64,000 bases of DNA from an uncultured Chloroflexia bacterium (GCA_963809595.1 CAWEKG010000001.1:280326-344325), one strand, 5' to 3'. Numbered from the stretch's first letter, positions 29,438-38,901 are shown. Translations and numbers: made by a program. Notes: generated by a model not told the origin, from the letters alone.

Positions 29438-30360
29438 CGGAGGACGTCGCCGCCCAGCAGCGAGCCGTCACCGGCATCGATGGCCACCTCGAGACCGCGG
29501 AGGGCCTCGGCCAGTGACCCGCCGGTCTGGACCCGGACGACCCAGGCCAGCCGGAGGACGTCGCCCGGCGCATCCGGTCGGGTCGCGTCGAAGGTGTCGT
29601 TCGGGGCGACCCAGGCGAGCGCGGCATCGACGATCCGCGTCCCGGCCCGCGATCCACCGGGGATCCAGCGGTCGAGCAGCCGCCCCACGATCGTCTCGGC
29701 CTCGGCGCGGGTGCGCATGATCGTCGGTCGGGCGGCGAGGGGTCGCTCGGACGAGGCGAGGGCATGGAACGACCCGTCCGCCCAGAGCTGGACCCGCAGA
29801 CCGTCACCCGGGACGGGCACGCCGTCGGCGACCCTCGGCCAGGCCACCGTCCAACCGCCGCCGCCCCGACGAGTCGCTCGCGGGGTCCCGGCCGGCTCGA
29901 CCCCGACGGACCTGGCGAGCCGCCGGCCGGCGGCTGCGGCATCGGCCTCGGACCCAAGCGGCGTGCCCCCGCCCGCGACCCAGCCGAGCCGGACGGCGGC
30001 ACCGAGCCGCCCATCGGTCCCGTAGCGGAAGACCGCGGTGGGTCGACCCCGGCCGTCGAGGTCGGTCACCTCGAGGTAGGTCCGGGCCTCACGTCGGTCG
30101 ACGATCCGCTGGACGGTCCGTCGTGCCGGTGTGGCCAGGCCCAGAACGCCTTCGTGGCCCATCGCCCGTGCGACGACCGTCGCGGCCTGGCTCGCCTCGA
30201 GCGTGCTCGCCTGGGTCAACTCGGCCCCCGCGACATAGGGATCGGCGCCGGTGACGGGTCGGGTCGGCCCGCTCACGAGCAGACCCGCGAGACCGGCCAG
30301 GAGGGCCAGGGATCCGAGCCGCCGCCCGGGGCGGTGGCTCGGTCGCAAGAAGAGTCGCAT
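29434..30360 (-). CDS. hypothetical secreted protein (repeated PepSY-like modules suspected)
   Basis: ORF 29434..30909. The protein-like part starts at MRLFLRPSHRPGRRLGSLALLAGLAGLLV (ATG 30360) with a signal peptide. Family not recognised with confidence. Confidence 0.55.
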   Translation of the reverse strand: MRLFLRPSHRPGRRLGSLALLAGLAGLLVSGPTRPVTGADPYVAGAELTQASTLEASQAATVVARAMGHEGVLGLATPARRTVQRIVDRREARTYLEVTDLDGRGRPTAVFRYGTDGRLGAAVRLGWVAGGGTPLGSEADAAAAGRRLARSVGVEPAGTPRATRRGGGGWTVAWPRVADGVPVPGDGLRVQLWADGSFHALASSERPLAARPTIMRTRAEAETIVGRLLDRWIPGGSRAGTRIVDAALAWVAPNDTFDATRPDAPGDVLRLAWVVRVQTGGSLAEALRGLEVAIDAGDGSLLGGDVLR

Positions 30361-30370
30361 CGCAGCACCT

Positions 30371-31225
30371 CTACTGACACGTCGCGCAGGTCCCGCCCGG
30401 GCCTGCCCGGCCGGACCAGACGTAGCTGCCCCACCAGTCGGCGTCGAAGTCCGCGTGGGTGAATCGCCCGAGCATCGCCAGGTCGAACGCCGGTCCGACG
30501 CCCTTGCCCTTCTTGAGGGCATCCCAGAAGGCGACCTCGAAGGTCTCCTCGTCGTTGTCGTAGGCCTGGCCGAGATAGCCCAGGTAGAACTCGGGCCCGT
30601 TCCAGTGGAGCTCGCCGGCCTTGGTCTTGCCGATCCCGAAGGCGCCCGGGAGGGTGGTGTACGAGTCGCCGTTGAAGCAGGTCGAGATGACCACCAGGTT
30701 GGTGGCCCGACCGGCCCGCTTGTCCTTGATCTCCTTGGAGAAGACGACCGCCTGGCTGCAGTCCCCGGAGTCCTCGCGGAAGCCCGAGTAGCGTCGCTGC
30801 TCGGGCGCGTACCAGTAGTAGTCGCCGTGGGAGTGGACGTAGTAGGCCCAGTCCCCGATGGTCCGGGCCAGGGTATGGGCCCTCGTGAAGGACGCGCCCT
30901 TGTACCCACCGACGCTGTAGCCGAGGGCGGTCATCCCGCTGACGGCCAGGCTGAGCATCCGCTCCGGGTGCGGGTCGTCCCAGCCGATGCAGGGCGGCTC
31001 GAAGGCGGACTCGTTGGAATCCGCGGTGGCCTGGTAACCGGCCGCGACCGGCGCGGTCGTCGGTCCGAGCGACGACGTCAGGACCGCGAGGATCGCGATG
31101 AGCGGCGGTCCGAGCGACCGCCACCGACGCGCGCGGTTCCGGGTGTCCACGATGACCTCCTCCGGCGGGGTCGGTTGGGGAGGCGGGAGGAGGGCGAGGT
31201 CGGGAGTCTGCCCGAGCCCGCTCAC
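30371..31225 (-). CDS. secreted protein with clan-CD (gingipain/C25-like) His-Cys dyad motifs; putative cysteine peptidase
   Basis: 284 aa. Hydrophobic signal LIAILAVLTSSLGPTTAPVAAG. YYVHSHGDYYW and NLVVISTCFNGDS resemble the GHGS and ACVNGDF catalytic segments of gingipain. C-terminal CATCQ. Codon usage is visibly less GC-biased than in the neighbours. The true start may lie downstream of 31225. Confidence 0.55.
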   Translation of the reverse strand: MSGLGQTPDLALLPPPQPTPPEEVIVDTRNRARRWRSLGPPLIAILAVLTSSLGPTTAPVAAGYQATADSNESAFEPPCIGWDDPHPERMLSLAVSGMTALGYSVGGYKGASFTRAHTLARTIGDWAYYVHSHGDYYWYAPEQRRYSGFREDSGDCSQAVVFSKEIKDKRAGRATNLVVISTCFNGDSYTTLPGAFGIGKTKAGELHWNGPEFYLGYLGQAYDNDEETFEVAFWDALKKGKGVGPAFDLAMLGRFTHADFDADWWGSYVWSGRAGPGGTCATCQ

Positions 31226-31261
31226 CTCGGACTCACCTGGACGGCCCGGGCGGCCCGACCT

Positions 31262-31410
31262 CCGTGGTACCCTGCGGGGGTCATTCGCATACGCCAGACC
31301 GCTGGGTCGCGAAGCCGGTGAGATCCCGGCACAGTCCCGCTACGGTGGTCGCGGCGTCTCGGGTCCCCAGGGCCCGGGCCGACCGCGCGAGTCCGGTCGC
31401 CGGCCCCTCG
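31262..31410 (+). ncRNA. cobalamin (B12) riboswitch
   Basis: The core GAAGCCGGTGAGATCCCGGCACAGTCCCGCTACGGTG (31311..31347) matches the conserved GGGAAxCCGGUGxGAAUCCGGxxCGGUCCCGCCACUGU region. A B12-box-like GAGTCCGGTCGCCGGCC lies at 31389..31405. It sits directly upstream of a BtuF-like gene. Boundaries are approximate. Confidence 0.75.
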
Positions 31411-31447
31411 GTCATGCTCGAACCTTCGAGAGAAAGGGTAGGCATCC

Positions 31448-32593
31448 GTGGATCCGACTTCCTCCCCTCGACCGACCAGCGGCGAGGGGTTCGTCATGTC
31501 CGGCCCCCGCCCGGCCAGGTCCCTCCCCTCGCGGTCCCGTCACCGTCTCGGGGGTGTCGCGACCGCGATCGCGGCGCTCGCACTCGTCGTCGCCGCGTGC
31601 TCGGCGCCGGCGACCGCGACCCCGGTCTCGATCCCACCGGACGCCGGCGGTTCCGTGGCCCCTGCCGCGAGCGCTTCCGGCCCTGGGTCATCGCCGAGCG
31701 CCTCGCCGGTCGCCGCGGCCACCTTCCCGCTGACCCTCGTCGACGACGAGGGCGGTTCGGTCGCCCTCAAGGCCGCCCCGGCCAGGATCGTCTCGCTCAC
31801 CCCGGCCACCACCGAGACCCTGTTCGCCCTCGGCGCCGGTCCGCGGGTAGTCGCGACCACCGACTTCGACGACTACCCTCCGGAGGTCGCCAAGCTGCCC
31901 CACGTGGCGTCCTACCAGGGCGTAGACGTCGAGAAGATCGTGGCCCTCGCCCCGGACATCGTCGTGGCCGGGGGGAACGGCTTCAACTCGCCGAACGCGA
32001 TCGCCCAGATCCGACGGGCGGGGATCCCGGTCCTGGTGGTCTACGCCAAGGACGTGGATGGTGTCCTCCACGACATCGAGCTCGTCGGCGACGCCGTCGG
32101 TGCCGGGCCCGCTGCCCGCGACCTGACCGCCTCGATGCGAGCCGGCTTCGCCCAGGTGGCGGCCGCCACGAAGAACCTCACCCAGCCACGGACCTTCTAC
32201 GAGCTCGACGCGACGAAGGAGATCTATGGGCCGGCCAAGGACTCGTTCGTGGCCCAGATGATCGAGCTGGCCGGCGGTACGCCGATCACCACCGGCGACC
32301 CGAATGTCTTCAGCATCCCCCTCGAGACGCTCGTGGCGGCCGATCCCGAGGTCGTCGTCCTGGGTGACGGCGCCTACGGCACGACCGCAGACATCGTCAG
32401 GGCCCGACCGGGCTGGGAGAAGATCAGCGCGGTCACGGCGGGCGCGATCCGACCGGCCAACGACACCCTCATCACCCGACCGGGTCCACGGCTCGTCGAG
32501 GGCCTGCGCGACCTGGCGGTCGCCATCCACCCCGAGCTCGCCGCGATCTTCCCGGCGCCGTCGCCGGCGCCGTCCGGCTCGGCGGCGCCCTGA
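31448..32593 (+). CDS. btuF: cobalamin/siderophore-type ABC substrate-binding lipoprotein (BtuF/FecB family)
   Basis: 381 aa. Lipobox LVVAAC, a Pro/Ala/Ser linker, then IVSLTPATTETLFALGAG...VATTDF...PDIVVA...RPGPRLVEGL. The start could be GTG 31448 or ATG 31496. Confidence 0.85.
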   Translation: MDPTSSPRPTSGEGFVMSGPRPARSLPSRSRHRLGGVATAIAALALVVAACSAPATATPVSIPPDAGGSVAPAASASGPGSSPSASPVAAATFPLTLVDDEGGSVALKAAPARIVSLTPATTETLFALGAGPRVVATTDFDDYPPEVAKLPHVASYQGVDVEKIVALAPDIVVAGGNGFNSPNAIAQIRRAGIPVLVVYAKDVDGVLHDIELVGDAVGAGPAARDLTASMRAGFAQVAAATKNLTQPRTFYELDATKEIYGPAKDSFVAQMIELAGGTPITTGDPNVFSIPLETLVAADPEVVVLGDGAYGTTADIVRARPGWEKISAVTAGAIRPANDTLITRPGPRLVEGLRDLAVAIHPELAAIFPAPSPAPSGSAAP

Positions 32594-32594
32594 C

Positions 32595-33677
32595 GTGGCC
32601 ACTCGCGGCGAGGTCCTGGGCAGGCCCTTCGTCGGTTCGGGCTGGCTCGAGCGCGCCCGGGCCCGCCCGTGGCTGCTCCTCGGCGGCAGCCTGGCCACCC
32701 TCGTCGTGGTGCTCGTCCTGGGCGTCGGCCTGGGTTCCGTCTCGGTCGCCCCATCGGAGACGGTCGCGATCCTCGCCCACCGGCTGCTCGGGATCGAGCT
32801 CGGCGGCGCCTGGACACCGGCGGCCGAGACGATCGTCATGGACCTCCGCCTGCCGCGGGTCCTCTCGGCCATGGTCGTCGGGCTCGGACTGGCGGTGGCC
32901 GGGGTCACCTTCCAGGGGATCCTGCGCAACCCGCTGGCGGACCCGTACGTGCTGGGGACCGCCTCGGGAGCCGCCCTCGGCGCGGCGATCGCGGTCCTCA
33001 TCCCGATCCGGATCGTCGTCTTCGAGTTCGGGCTCGTCCAGCTGTTCGCCTTCGTCGGGGCGCTGATCGCGGTCGTCGCGGTCTACCGCTTCAGCCGGAC
33101 CGGACCGCTCGCCCCGCTGACGAGCCTGCTCCTCACCGGCTACGCCGTCGGGTCGCTCCTGGCCGCCGGGCTGGCGATGACGATGTACCTCTCGGGGACG
33201 AACCTCCGCCAGATCTTCTTCTACCTGCTCGGCGGCTTCGAGGGCGCCTCGTGGCTCCAGCTCGCGCTGACGACCCCGGTCATCCTGCTGGCCACGATCT
33301 CGATCCTCGCCCGGGCCCGCTCGCTCAACGGGTTCCTGCTCGGCGAGGAGGCCGCCGCCCACCTCGGGGTCGACGTGCGCCGGGAGCGGGCGATCCTGCT
33401 CGGCCTGGCCAGCCTCATCACAGCGGCGGCCGTCTCGATCGCCGGGCTCATCGGGTTCGTCGGGCTGGTGGTGCCCCATGTCGTCCGGCTCGTGGTCGGT
33501 CCGAACGCGCGCCTGGTCCTGCCGCTCTCGGCCGTCATCGGCGCCTGTCTGCTCGCCTCGGCCGACCTGGTGGCCCGACTCGTCGGCAACATCCCGGTCG
33601 GGGTGGTCACCGCGGTCATCGGCGCCCCGTTCTTCCTGCTCCTGCTCCGCCGGGCCAGGACCGGCTACGAGCTGTGA
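32595..33677 (+). CDS. btuC: FecCD-family ABC permease (BtuC-like)
   Basis: Frame of ORF 32304..33677 with GTG at 32595, right after the btuF stop. LRLPRVLSAMVVGLGLAVAG...RNPLADPYVLG...GLVVPH. Confidence 0.9.
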   Translation: MATRGEVLGRPFVGSGWLERARARPWLLLGGSLATLVVVLVLGVGLGSVSVAPSETVAILAHRLLGIELGGAWTPAAETIVMDLRLPRVLSAMVVGLGLAVAGVTFQGILRNPLADPYVLGTASGAALGAAIAVLIPIRIVVFEFGLVQLFAFVGALIAVVAVYRFSRTGPLAPLTSLLLTGYAVGSLLAAGLAMTMYLSGTNLRQIFFYLLGGFEGASWLQLALTTPVILLATISILARARSLNGFLLGEEAAAHLGVDVRRERAILLGLASLITAAAVSIAGLIGFVGLVVPHVVRLVVGPNARLVLPLSAVIGACLLASADLVARLVGNIPVGVVTAVIGAPFFLLLLRRARTGYEL

Positions 33678-34483
33678 TCGCGCCGTGGGTCGCGCCGGCC
33701 CGACCCGTGCCCGGCCCCGCCGCCGAAGGGATCCTCGAGCTCCGCGGCGTCACGGCCGCCTACCGGGAGCGGCCCGTCCTGCGCGGGATCGATCTCGTCG
33801 TCGAGCGGGGTGAGCGGGTCGCCGTCGTCGGCCCGAACGGGGCCGGGAAGTCGAGCCTGCTCAGGGTGGTCGGCGGCACCCTCCGGCCGACGGCCGGCCG
33901 GGTCCTCCTGGCCGGCGATCCGATCGAGCGGCTCGACCGCCAGGCGATCGCCCGCCGCCTGGCGGTGGTCCCGCAGGCGGCCAGCCTGCCGTTCTCGGCC
34001 CGGGTGGAGGAGGTCGTCGGTCTCGGCCGGCTGCCCCACGAGGACCCGTTCCGGGGCCATCGACCGGCCGACCGGGCGGCCGTCGCCGCGGCGATCGAGC
34101 GGGTCGGCATCGGAGACCTCCTCGGCCGGGACGTCCGCGAGCTCTCGCTCGGCGAGCGTCAGCTCGTCCTGCTCGCCCTGGCCGTGGCCCAGGCCGCGCC
34201 GATTCTCGTCCTCGACGAGCCGACGGTCCATCTCGACCTGCGGCACCAGGTCGAGGCGATGGAGCTCCTGGTCGATCTCAACGAGCGCGACGGCGCGACG
34301 ATCCTGGCCGTCCTCCACGACCTGGGCCTGGCGAGCCACTTCTTCCCGCGACTGGTGCTCATCGACGCTGGCCGGATCGTGGCCGACGGGCCGCCGGAAC
34401 GGGTCCTGGCCGACGACCGGATCCGCGATGTCTTCGGCGTCGACCCCGGCTTCGTCCGACGCGCGGTCGTCGAGGCGCGTTGA
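33674..34483 (+). CDS. btuD: ABC transporter ATP-binding protein (BtuD/FepC-like)
   Basis: GTG 33674 overlaps the btuC stop (GTGA). GPNGAGKSSLL, LSLGERQLVLLALAVAQ, LVLDEPTVHLD. Confidence 0.9.
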   Translation: MIAPWVAPARPVPGPAAEGILELRGVTAAYRERPVLRGIDLVVERGERVAVVGPNGAGKSSLLRVVGGTLRPTAGRVLLAGDPIERLDRQAIARRLAVVPQAASLPFSARVEEVVGLGRLPHEDPFRGHRPADRAAVAAAIERVGIGDLLGRDVRELSLGERQLVLLALAVAQAAPILVLDEPTVHLDLRHQVEAMELLVDLNERDGATILAVLHDLGLASHFFPRLVLIDAGRIVADGPPERVLADDRIRDVFGVDPGFVRRAVVEAR

Positions 34484-34515
34484 CCCGACGCACCCCTCGC
34501 GTCTAGTCTGGTCGG

Positions 34516-35277
34516 GTGATGCGAGCGCGCGCCGGGACGCCTGCGATCGCCGGCCCGGGCCGCGCGCGGCCGGGATCCGTCGATCGGCTCCCGATCCTGA
34601 TCCTCCTGGTCCTGGTGGCGGCGTGTTCACCGGCCGGGCCGGGGCCCACCGTCTCGCCCGGATCCGCCGGTCCGAGCGCCGCGACGATCGGGCCGAGTGG
34701 TGGGGCATCCCCCGACGTCACGGCCTCCCTGAGCGAGGCGCCGAGCGTCGAGCCGACGGAGGCTCCGACCGAGGAACCGACGGTGGTCCCCACAGCGAGT
34801 CCCGAGTCCACCCCCTCGGAGACCGCGGGCACCTCGGGCAGCCCATCCGCCGGGGCGGCCGGCCGGTGCTCCGGCTCGAACGAGACGAAGGACTTCTTCA
34901 GCTCGTTCGCCCAGGAGGTCCCCTGGCCGGTCTACTGCGCGGTCCTGCCCGCGGGCTGGTCCGTGGAGAAGGGCACCTACCGGCTCAAAGACGGCGGGCT
35001 GCTGACGATCAGCTACCACCGACGGGCCGACGGGGCGCGGATCGTCTTCGCCGAGGGCGCGGTCTGCCAGGAGACCAAGCCGTGCGTGCCGGCCGGCTCG
35101 AGCCTCGGCCAGGTCGACTTCGGGGACCGTCAGGCCGATCTCGTCGATGCCGGCACAGCCGGGCTGGTAGCCGCCGTCGACCAGCCCGAGAACCCGGCCT
35201 GGGTCCTGACCGGCACCGGGATCGACCAGGCGGCCTTCAGCGCGATCGCCCGGAAGCTCGCCCTCATCGACCAGTAG
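34516..35277 (+). CDS. hypothetical lipoprotein, last gene of the riboswitch-controlled btu operon
   Basis: 253 aa. Lipobox LVAAC, a Pro/Ser/Thr/Glu-rich linker, and a Cys-containing globular domain of about 140 aa. There is a 32-nt gap after btuD, on the same strand. Confidence 0.65.
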   Translation: MMRARAGTPAIAGPGRARPGSVDRLPILILLVLVAACSPAGPGPTVSPGSAGPSAATIGPSGGASPDVTASLSEAPSVEPTEAPTEEPTVVPTASPESTPSETAGTSGSPSAGAAGRCSGSNETKDFFSSFAQEVPWPVYCAVLPAGWSVEKGTYRLKDGGLLTISYHRRADGARIVFAEGAVCQETKPCVPAGSSLGQVDFGDRQADLVDAGTAGLVAAVDQPENPAWVLTGTGIDQAAFSAIARKLALIDQ

Positions 35278-35283
35278 GCCGGC

Positions 35284-36216
35284 TCAGCCGCTGAGGGCCG
35301 CCTCGGCCAGGGCGACGACCGCTTCGGCCGTTCGCTCGGGGTCGCCGCCCCGCCCGAGGAGCACCGCCGTGGCCCCGAACCCGGCGATCGGGCCGGCTCC
35401 CCGGACGGCCCCGATCGCGGCGACGGCGGTCGCCAGGCTCATCCCGCCGGGCTCCGGCATCGCCAGGGCCCAGCCGCCGGAAGCATCGAGGGCGTCGAGG
35501 TCGAACGCCACGTAGAACCCGTCCACGTCCCCGGCGACCGTCGTCGCCCAGGCGCCCAGGGCCGCCAGCCCGGCCGGCCTGCCGAGCATCCCGGCCCCGA
35601 AGTGGGCGACCCGGGAGGCGGCCAGCATCCGCGACTCGGCCTGGTCCAGGACCTGGCCGCCGAGGAGGGCGGCGTCCTCCTCCCGGACGGTCGGGCCGTC
35701 GCAGGCGTCGACGAGGTCCGGATCGCCCCGCCCGACGACCATCGCGAAGGGCATCCCCCAGACGTTGCCCGAGGGCGTGGTGTCGGGCGTGTTGAAGTCG
35801 CCGTGGGCGTCGAACCAGGCGAGCCCCAGCCTCATCCCCGGCCGGGCGCGACGGAGACCGGCCAGCGCCCCGGCGTGACTCGTGCAGTCGCCGCCGAGCA
35901 GGAGGAGCCGGGCGTGGGATCCCCCGCCCTCGGTCCCGGCGGCCTCGCCCAGGGCCCGCTCCACGTGGTCGGCGAGCCGCGGCAGGTAGTCGGCGATGCG
36001 GGCACGGTTCTTCGCCCTGGGGTCGTCGTCGGGCGCCCAGCCCGGGTCGTTCGGGGCGTCGCCGGCGTCGCGGAACCGGACCCCGGCGAAGGCCGGGCGG
36101 GCCGCCAGGCGGTCGACGATCCCGAGACGGCGCAGCTCGCCGGGCGTCCGCTCCATCCCGTCGAAGTGGCCGCCGAGCGCGGTCGGCGAGCCGGCGATGA
36201 CGATCGTCTCGTTCAT
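35284..36216 (-). CDS. ureohydrolase (arginase/agmatinase/formimidoylglutamase) family protein
   Basis: 310 aa. Mn-site motifs LLGGDCTSH, WFDAHGDFNTP and VAFDLDALD. Confidence 0.8.
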   Translation of the reverse strand: MNETIVIAGSPTALGGHFDGMERTPGELRRLGIVDRLAARPAFAGVRFRDAGDAPNDPGWAPDDDPRAKNRARIADYLPRLADHVERALGEAAGTEGGGSHARLLLLGGDCTSHAGALAGLRRARPGMRLGLAWFDAHGDFNTPDTTPSGNVWGMPFAMVVGRGDPDLVDACDGPTVREEDAALLGGQVLDQAESRMLAASRVAHFGAGMLGRPAGLAALGAWATTVAGDVDGFYVAFDLDALDASGGWALAMPEPGGMSLATAVAAIGAVRGAGPIAGFGATAVLLGRGGDPERTAEAVVALAEAALSG

Positions 36217-36277
36217 CCGCCGAGGATACGGCGGCGCGTCGCCCCACGGACCCCGTCCAAGACGGCATCATGGGCCG

Positions 36278-37408
36278 ATGCGGATCCCCGACTTCGAGCT
36301 CGAGCGTTACTTCGCCCGCTGGGAGTTCGCGGTCCGCCACGTGCTCGCCGCGTCGGACGTCGAGGGCTACCCGATGGCCGATCTGCTGGCCCTGGCCGAC
36401 GACGAGACGCGGGCGCTCTGGGACGGGCTCCGGCTCGGCTACACCGAGTCGACGGGCCACCCGCTGCTCCGGGCCGAGATCGCCCGGCTCTACCAGCGGA
36501 TCGCCCCCGACGAAGTCCTCGTCTTCGCCGGCGCCGAGGAGGCGATCTTCTGTTTCGCCAACGTGGCCCTCCAGCCGGGCGACCACGCGATCGTCACCTG
36601 GCCGGGCTACCAGAGTCTCTACGAGGTGGCCCGGGCCGCCGGCGCCGAGGTCACCCTCCACGACCTGCGTGAGTCGGACGGCTGGGCCCTGGACGTCCCC
36701 CGGCTCGCGGCCAGCCTGCGTCCCACGACCCGCCTGATCGTGGTGAACGCGCCGCACAACCCGACGGGGATGCTCCCGACGGCCGCCGAGTGGGAGGCGC
36801 TGACCGACCTGTGCGCCGAGGCCGGGGTCCACCTCTTCGCCGACGAGGTCTACCGCTTCCTCGAGTTCGACGATGGCGACCGATTGACGGCCGGGGCCGA
36901 CGCGCTCGAGCGGGGGGTCAGCCTGGGGGTGATGTCGAAGTCGTTCGCGATGGCCGGGCTCCGGATCGGCTGGCTGGCCAGTCGGGACCGGGACCTGCTT
37001 GCCCGGGTGGCCGCGTTCAAGGACTACACCACGATCTGCGCGTCGGCGCCTGCCGAGATCCTCTCGATCATGGCCCTCCGCGCCCGCGAGGCGGTCCTCG
37101 CCCGGTCGCGCGGGATCGTCGAGGCGAACCTGCCGATCCTGGACCGCTTCTTCGCCGAGCACGGGGACGCCTTCCGCTGGGTCCGCCCACGAGCCGGCTC
37201 GGTGGCCTTCCCCCGGCTCACGGTCCCCGGGCTGAGCATCGACGACTTCGCCGCCGGGCTCGTCGAAGCGGAGGGCGTGCTCCTCCTCCCCGGGTCCCGC
37301 TTCGGCTTCCCGGGCGATCACTTCCGGATCGGTCTCGGCCGGACGGATCTGCCCGAGGCCGTCGCCGGTCTGGAGGCCTACGCCGGCCGGGTGCTGCCCG
37401 CCGGGTGA
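36278..37408 (+). CDS. class I/II pyridoxal-phosphate-dependent aminotransferase
   Basis: Frame of ORF 35996..37408 with ATG 36278. NAPHNPTG, and MSKSFAMAGLRIGW carrying the PLP lysine. Confidence 0.85.
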   Translation: MRIPDFELERYFARWEFAVRHVLAASDVEGYPMADLLALADDETRALWDGLRLGYTESTGHPLLRAEIARLYQRIAPDEVLVFAGAEEAIFCFANVALQPGDHAIVTWPGYQSLYEVARAAGAEVTLHDLRESDGWALDVPRLAASLRPTTRLIVVNAPHNPTGMLPTAAEWEALTDLCAEAGVHLFADEVYRFLEFDDGDRLTAGADALERGVSLGVMSKSFAMAGLRIGWLASRDRDLLARVAAFKDYTTICASAPAEILSIMALRAREAVLARSRGIVEANLPILDRFFAEHGDAFRWVRPRAGSVAFPRLTVPGLSIDDFAAGLVEAEGVLLLPGSRFGFPGDHFRIGLGRTDLPEAVAGLEAYAGRVLPAG

Positions 37409-37409
37409 C

Positions 37410-37442
37410 GGGCTGAGCGGGCTCCCGGGCGACGCTCAGCCC
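37410..37442. terminator. bidirectional hairpin GGGCTGAGCG-N13-CGCTCAGCCC
   Basis: 10-bp perfect stem spanning the gap between the stops at 37408 (+) and 37436 (-). Confidence 0.5.
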
Positions 37443-38809
37443 TCGAGGGCGGCGAACTCGTCGAGGAAGCGGGCGGTGATCCGGGCCGCGTCGGCCGCGT
37501 AGTCCAACCGGACGTTCTCGTCGGGGGCGTGGGCGTGGCAGTCCCAGGTCCCGCCGCCGAGGCTCGTCGAGGGCACCCGGTCGCGACCACAGACCTGCCA
37601 CATCGGCGCGGTACCGGGCATCGACACGTAGCGCACGGACGGGGCGCCGAAGACCGCTTCCGAGGCCCGTGCCGCCGCGTCGAGGATCGGGTCCTCCGCC
37701 TCCGTCCAGTAGGCTCGCTCGCCCTGCTCGGCGATGACCTCGATGTCATGGAACCCACGCTCCTCGAGATGCCTCCGGATGGCCGCGACGATCGTCTCGG
37801 GCTGCTGGTCCGGGACGATCCGGATGTCCAGTCGGGCGTGCGCCTCCGCCGGGGTGATCGTCTTGTCGCCCGGTCCGATGAAGCCCGACCAGAGACCCTG
37901 GATGTTCAACGTGGGGGCGAACGTCATCGCCCGGATGGCGGCGATCCCGTCGAGTCCGCCGAGGAGCCGATCGACCGCGAACTCGCGACGATACTCGTCG
38001 ACCACCTCGACCGGGGTCGCATCGACGATCGCCAGCTGCGCCGCCGACGGCGGGACGATCCCCGCCTCGAGACCGGCGACCGCCGGGAAGCCGTCCGGGT
38101 CGTACATCCCGGCGAGGGCCTGGGCCAGCCGGACCGGGGCGCTCGGCAGGATCGTGGCGGCGCTCGAATGGGCGTCGTAGGCGATCGTCCGGCAGACGAG
38201 TTCGACGACGGCCATGCCGCGGACGCCGCCGATGATCTCCGGCCGACCCTGGGGATCGACTCCGCCTCCCTCGATGAGGGCGCCGTCGACTGCGCGGATC
38301 CCGGGTCGCTGGTCGAGCAGCGCGTCGAGGTGCTCGCTGCCGTACTCCTCCTCGCCCTCGACCAGGAAGCGGACCCGGCAGGGGAGTGGGCCGATCGTCG
38401 CCAGGTAGGCCTCCACCGCCCAGATCCGGGGCAGGAGCTCGCCCTTGTTGTCGGTCGCGCCGCGGGCGTAGAGACGACCGTCGCGGACGGCCGGCTCGTA
38501 CGGCGGCGTCGTCCACAGCTCGAGCGGGACCGCCGGCTGGACGTCGTAGTGCTGGACCGCGTTCAGCGTCCGTGGCCCCCCGCCGATCTCCCCGACCACC
38601 AGCGGCGGGACGTCGGGACGATCGGGCAGCTCGACTACGTCCACCGTCGCGCCGAGCCTGCGCAGGCGTGCGGCAGTCCAGTCCGCCGCATCGCGAAGGC
38701 CCTCGCGATCGCCCTGCTCGGAGCGGAACCGGCAGAACGCCGCGAGCTCCTCTGTCCAGCTCGGCATGTGCTCGTCGATGTACCGGTCGAGGGCGGCGTA
38801 GTCGGTCAT
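37436..38809 (-). CDS. M20-family metallopeptidase/dipeptidase (ArgE/DapE/ACY1/CPG2 family)
   Basis: 457 aa. HYDVQP, ARGATDNKG, EGEEEYGS. Confidence 0.85.
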   Translation of the reverse strand: MTDYAALDRYIDEHMPSWTEELAAFCRFRSEQGDREGLRDAADWTAARLRRLGATVDVVELPDRPDVPPLVVGEIGGGPRTLNAVQHYDVQPAVPLELWTTPPYEPAVRDGRLYARGATDNKGELLPRIWAVEAYLATIGPLPCRVRFLVEGEEEYGSEHLDALLDQRPGIRAVDGALIEGGGVDPQGRPEIIGGVRGMAVVELVCRTIAYDAHSSAATILPSAPVRLAQALAGMYDPDGFPAVAGLEAGIVPPSAAQLAIVDATPVEVVDEYRREFAVDRLLGGLDGIAAIRAMTFAPTLNIQGLWSGFIGPGDKTITPAEAHARLDIRIVPDQQPETIVAAIRRHLEERGFHDIEVIAEQGERAYWTEAEDPILDAAARASEAVFGAPSVRYVSMPGTAPMWQVCGRDRVPSTSLGGGTWDCHAHAPDENVRLDYAADAARITARFLDEFAALEG

Positions 38810-38901
38810 TTCGGTATCTCCATCGGCGGCGCTCGGTCACGAGGATAGTGGCCGGACAAGGAGCGCCGCCGACCGGCGCCATCGAAGGTGGCAGTCGCCC
38901 C

